Part shown: positions 31,882 through 34,377 of the stretch, piece after piece | How positions within the stretch are numbered: the first letter of the stretch is position 1 | Layout of the letters: the number at the start of each line of letters is the position of its first letter | Source of the DNA: an uncultured Verrucomicrobiota bacterium | GTDB lineage: Bacteria > Verrucomicrobiota > Kiritimatiellia > RFP12 > UBA1067 | DNA length: 34,377 bases | Assembly: GCA_946631345.1 (NCBI GenBank) | Contig: CAMPAA010000002.1 | Location: 1 to 34,377, forward strand | Direction of reading: 5' to 3' | Translations under genes and position numbers: made by a program | The notes under the pieces: model-generated | The model's database searches: none | Told to the model about the DNA's origin: nothing | What the model saw: the letters and a program-made list of their open reading frames with translations, nothing else

Positions 31882-33831
31882 ATGAAGACGATAGAGTCGT
31901 TGGCGGTCGCCTGTGTGATTGCACTTGGCGCATGTGCGGCGGTTGCCGATGAGTCTGGCCGGTCTGTTGCCGGGAGGGTTCTGAACTTCGATCAGGGCAC
32001 TTCCGGCTGGAGGCTGAAGCCCAACTATTCGGTGGTCAATGGCGAGGGGATGAATGGCTCTGCGGCACTTGTATATGAGAACCGTGATTCCAAGGTTCCG
32101 TATGTGTTTCCGCACTCCCTGCCGACTTTCGACCTGATGCTCGAGACCGGCGTGTACTACCGCGTCTCTGCGATGATCCGCACGGAGGGTATGGATCCCG
32201 CCAAAGGGCATGGTGCAAGACTGTGCCTTACGGGGGTAAGGACCAACGGAACTTGGACGGGCGAGGCGTACTCAAGTGTCGTCCGTGGGACGAAAGACTG
32301 GACGAAAGTGGAGTTCATGATGAATCCGGTCCGCCCTGATGCCGTCACATGCCGCCTCGCCGTTTACTGTCTGCCCAGATCTGTCGGCAAGGCCTGCTTT
32401 GACGACATACGCATCGAGCCGCTAACGAAGCCGATTGTTGGCGCCATCGTGTCCTCCGCATACCGGAATATGGCAGCGGAAGGTCGTGTCGATTTCCGCG
32501 TAGGGCTGTCTGTGCCAGAGAGATATGCGCTTGACGAGGTGAAAGGCGTGTATTCATACGAGGGCGCGAATGGCACGCGCGATACCGGCGCGGCTGCGGT
32601 GACAGCGCGGGACCGGGCCGAGTTCTCGATTGACTGCGCCAAGATGAAGATGGGCGAAGGAGAGATCGCTTTTGAACTCCTTGCTTCAGGCGGGGTTAAG
32701 CTCGGCGGCGCGGTTATGCGGTTCAGCCGTCCTTCCAGAATGCCAGATCGCCGCGTATGGATTGATAGGCATGGGCGCACCATGGTGAACGGCAGGCCGT
32801 TCTTTCCGCTCGGAATGTACACCGCCAACCTCATCCGCAAGGATACATATGTGAAAGGACCGTTCAACACGGTCATGTCATATACGCCACCAGATGCCGC
32901 TGAGATGGACTTCTTCCACACCAACGGAATAAGGGTCATCTATTCTGTCAAGGACGCCTACGCCGCGATGGGGAGCCGCGCGCCGGAATGCGTGACGACC
33001 GTTGCTGCGGAAAACGCCTATGTGCAGGCGAAGGTAGAGGCGTTCAGACGGCATCCGGCGCTGCTTGCGTGGTATGTGAACGACGAATGTACCTTCGAGA
33101 TGTTTGAATCGCTCAAGGGACGGCAAAGGCTTCTGGAAAGGATCGATCCAGACCATCCGACGTGGGCGGTGTTCTATCAGCTCGAACTTCTGCGCGACAT
33201 GATGCCTACGTTCGATGTTATCGGTACCGATCCATATCCGATTCCAGAGGAGCCGCTTTCCCGCGTGACTGAAGTAACGCGGCGTACCGATGATGCAATG
33301 TTCGGCTTTCGACCGATGTGGCAGGTGCCCCAGGCGTTCGACTGGGGAGTTTTCCGCAAACGGCGCCCAGGCTCACCTGAACCGTACATGCCGTCGGTAG
33401 AGGAGATGCGGTCGATGTCATGGCAGTTTGTCGCCGCTGGTGCGAACGGGCTGGTCTACTACTCGTTCTCCACCATCCAGCATCCAAAAAGGAAAGACGG
33501 AACACCGACTGTTCCCTTCGAGAAGTCATGGGGTGACATTTGCAGGGTCGGCGCTGAACTGAAGAAATATCTGCCTGTGCTGACCGCTGAGCCGGGGCCT
33601 GCGGTAACGGGTGCGCCGATGGCGTGGGGGGTGCGCACATGGCGAAAAGATGGAGAGATATGGCTGCTTCTTGCCAACGCGCAGGACAGGATGGAGACGG
33701 CGGAAGTTGCGTTTCCCGGAGATTTCCAGATGATCAGAACTGAATTTGGCCCGGCAGCGGAAAGGATCAGTGCGCGCGCGGCAAGGGTTACGCTCGCGCC
33801 GAATCAGCCGGCGTTGTACAGGATCAAATGA
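31882..33831 (+). CDS. secreted protein with an N-terminal carbohydrate-binding-module-like domain and a C-terminal TIM-barrel glycosidase-like domain (649 aa)
   Basis: Signal peptide MKTIESLAVACVIALGACAAVA. The N-terminal ~170 aa resemble a CBM4/9-type beta-sandwich (CFDDIRIEP ending). The C-terminal part has clan GH-A-like segments (GRPFFPLGMY, LLAWYVNDE, GTDPYPI). The family is not assignable by eye. Confidence 0.75.
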   Translation: MKTIESLAVACVIALGACAAVADESGRSVAGRVLNFDQGTSGWRLKPNYSVVNGEGMNGSAALVYENRDSKVPYVFPHSLPTFDLMLETGVYYRVSAMIRTEGMDPAKGHGARLCLTGVRTNGTWTGEAYSSVVRGTKDWTKVEFMMNPVRPDAVTCRLAVYCLPRSVGKACFDDIRIEPLTKPIVGAIVSSAYRNMAAEGRVDFRVGLSVPERYALDEVKGVYSYEGANGTRDTGAAAVTARDRAEFSIDCAKMKMGEGEIAFELLASGGVKLGGAVMRFSRPSRMPDRRVWIDRHGRTMVNGRPFFPLGMYTANLIRKDTYVKGPFNTVMSYTPPDAAEMDFFHTNGIRVIYSVKDAYAAMGSRAPECVTTVAAENAYVQAKVEAFRRHPALLAWYVNDECTFEMFESLKGRQRLLERIDPDHPTWAVFYQLELLRDMMPTFDVIGTDPYPIPEEPLSRVTEVTRRTDDAMFGFRPMWQVPQAFDWGVFRKRRPGSPEPYMPSVEEMRSMSWQFVAAGANGLVYYSFSTIQHPKRKDGTPTVPFEKSWGDICRVGAELKKYLPVLTAEPGPAVTGAPMAWGVRTWRKDGEIWLLLANAQDRMETAEVAFPGDFQMIRTEFGPAAERISARAARVTLAPNQPALYRIK

Positions 33832-34143
33832 AGCCCAGGCGCTTGCATCCGTCTTATCTGCGCACATGAGGAATCCGTTGCAGCAGGGTGCATAGACTTC
33901 GACGGTCGGAGGTGCCAATCCTGCCTCCTATGCTTGTCGACTGGTTGGACTGGGAGGGGCATATGTGTTGACGAAGGGGGCGTGGGGGTAGGCAGTGCGC
34001 AATGCAGACTTGCGCAATACATACTTGTCCCCAAGAAGTTCACCGAATCTGGAGTTTACCCATTTTTTGAGGGCGGGATTATTGTCGCAACCCTGCAAGC
34101 AAAGGCGGCGGCATTCCGGCCTTGGGGCAAATCCGTTCCGCCG

Positions 34144-34261
34144 TCTGCCGGAGAGCGTTCTGCCGTGCGGACACCCCAAGATCCGCGTGTGGACACTCCG
34201 ACCCCCGCCTGTGGACAAACGGATTCCGCCTGTGGACAAAATCGTTTCCGCGTGCGGACAG
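34144..34261 (+). repeat. array of five (plus one degenerate) same-orientation ~22-bp repeats with core CCGC(C/G)TG(T/C)GGACA(A/C); DnaA-box-like
   Basis: Core start positions are 34166 TGCGGACAC, 34188 TGTGGACAC, 34210 TGTGGACAA, 34231 TGTGGACAA and 34253 TGCGGACAG. A degenerate in-phase unit is at 34144. Spacings are 22, 22, 22, 21 and 22. TGTGGACAA is the reverse complement of TTGTCCACA. Confidence 0.85.
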
Positions 34262-34273
34262 TCATGAGTTTTG

Positions 34274-34344
34274 GCGTCAATACTCTATAGAATTGACGCA
34301 CAAACACTATAGAATTGACGCAAGAACACTGTTGAAATGACGCC
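34274..34344 (+). repeat. three 22-bp iterons (CTATAGAATTGACGCA x2 plus degenerate CTGTTGAAATGACGCC), preceded by an inverted half-site GCGTCAAT
   Basis: Units start at 34285, 34307 and 34329, exactly 22 bp apart. GCGTCAAT (34274-34281) is the reverse complement of ATTGACGC. Confidence 0.85.
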
Positions 34345-34377
34345 AATTCTTTTTTGAGGCCACAGACCCCGCTCCTT

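Noticed and set aside
33908-33928. tRNA T-arm-like hairpin GGAGG-TGCCAATCCTG-CCTCC, considered as a tRNA gene or tRNA-derived att remnant
   Set aside because: The loop is 11 nt rather than 7 and there is no TTCGAAT-like T-loop. I could not fold acceptor, D or anticodon arms around it.
375-34261. Left repeats (TTTGCCCAAGGGC) and right repeats (GCCTGTGGACAAA) as inverted terminal ends of one transposon spanning the window
   Set aside because: The reverse complement of the right core (TTTGTCCACAGGCGG) matches the left core (TTTGCCCAAGGGCAG) at only about 11 of 15 positions. The orientation also points outward from the window rather than inward. The interior holds housekeeping genes (tkt, glnN). 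The resemblance is too weak to call without statistics.
34144-34344. CRISPR array interpretation of the phased repeats
   Set aside because: The repeat period is only 21-22 bp, with no unique spacers of comparable length between conserved repeats. Two different repeat families abut one another. No cas genes are present in the window.
33928-34346. Small ORFs in the terminal non-coding region (33934-34290 +, 33995-34267 +, 33928-34239 -, 34056-34346 -)
   Set aside because: They are mutually overlapping and read straight through the repeat arrays, so their sequence is dictated by the repeats. They lack start-site signals and have low-complexity translations.

Overview
GC-rich bacterial chromosomal fragment; most 60-nt lines I hand-counted are about 60-75% GC. 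All 17 CDS I can support lie on the + strand. The long minus-strand ORFs look like GC-driven shadow ORFs. Gene content suggests a glycan-degrading PVC-type organism (Lentisphaerota, Kiritimatiellota or Verrucomicrobiota-like); that is inference only. It includes a giant beta-helix surface protein, a multi-LamG protein, GH78, GH2, an SGNH esterase and Tat-signal FAD oxidoreductases. Layout, left to right. (1) 375-3504: a 3.06-kb cassette bracketed by near-identical ~70-bp direct repeats. It holds a fusion C5-cytosine methyltransferase, a putative restriction nuclease and a RadC-like JAB protein. The methyltransferase core plus nuclease form a sharply AT-richer block (~42-45% GC) spliced in frame onto GC-rich flanks. 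(2) 3616-8856: a 1746-aa secreted repeat protein, followed by a Tat-signal protein. (3) 10230-17541: a tightly coupled operon of SGNH esterase, unknown secreted protein, FAD oxidoreductase and GH78 rhamnosidase. (4) Housekeeping genes tkt and type III glutamine synthetase glnN, the latter with a near-consensus sigma-54 promoter. (5) A larA homologue translationally coupled to a KdgT-family permease. (6) GH2, a XylR-like AraC regulator, a four-module LamG protein and a CBM-plus-glycosidase-like protein. (7) 34144-34344: non-coding DNA with two adjacent arrays of 22-bp-phased repeats. One array has a DnaA-box-like core (TGTGGACAA) and the other is a 3x iteron, so it resembles a replication origin or a mobile-element end. 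Recurrent regulatory themes are extended -10 promoters (TGGTAYAAT) only 8-13 nt upstream of start codons, and a shared A10-containing promoter in front of the two largest surface-protein genes. I found no tRNA, rRNA or CRISPR array.
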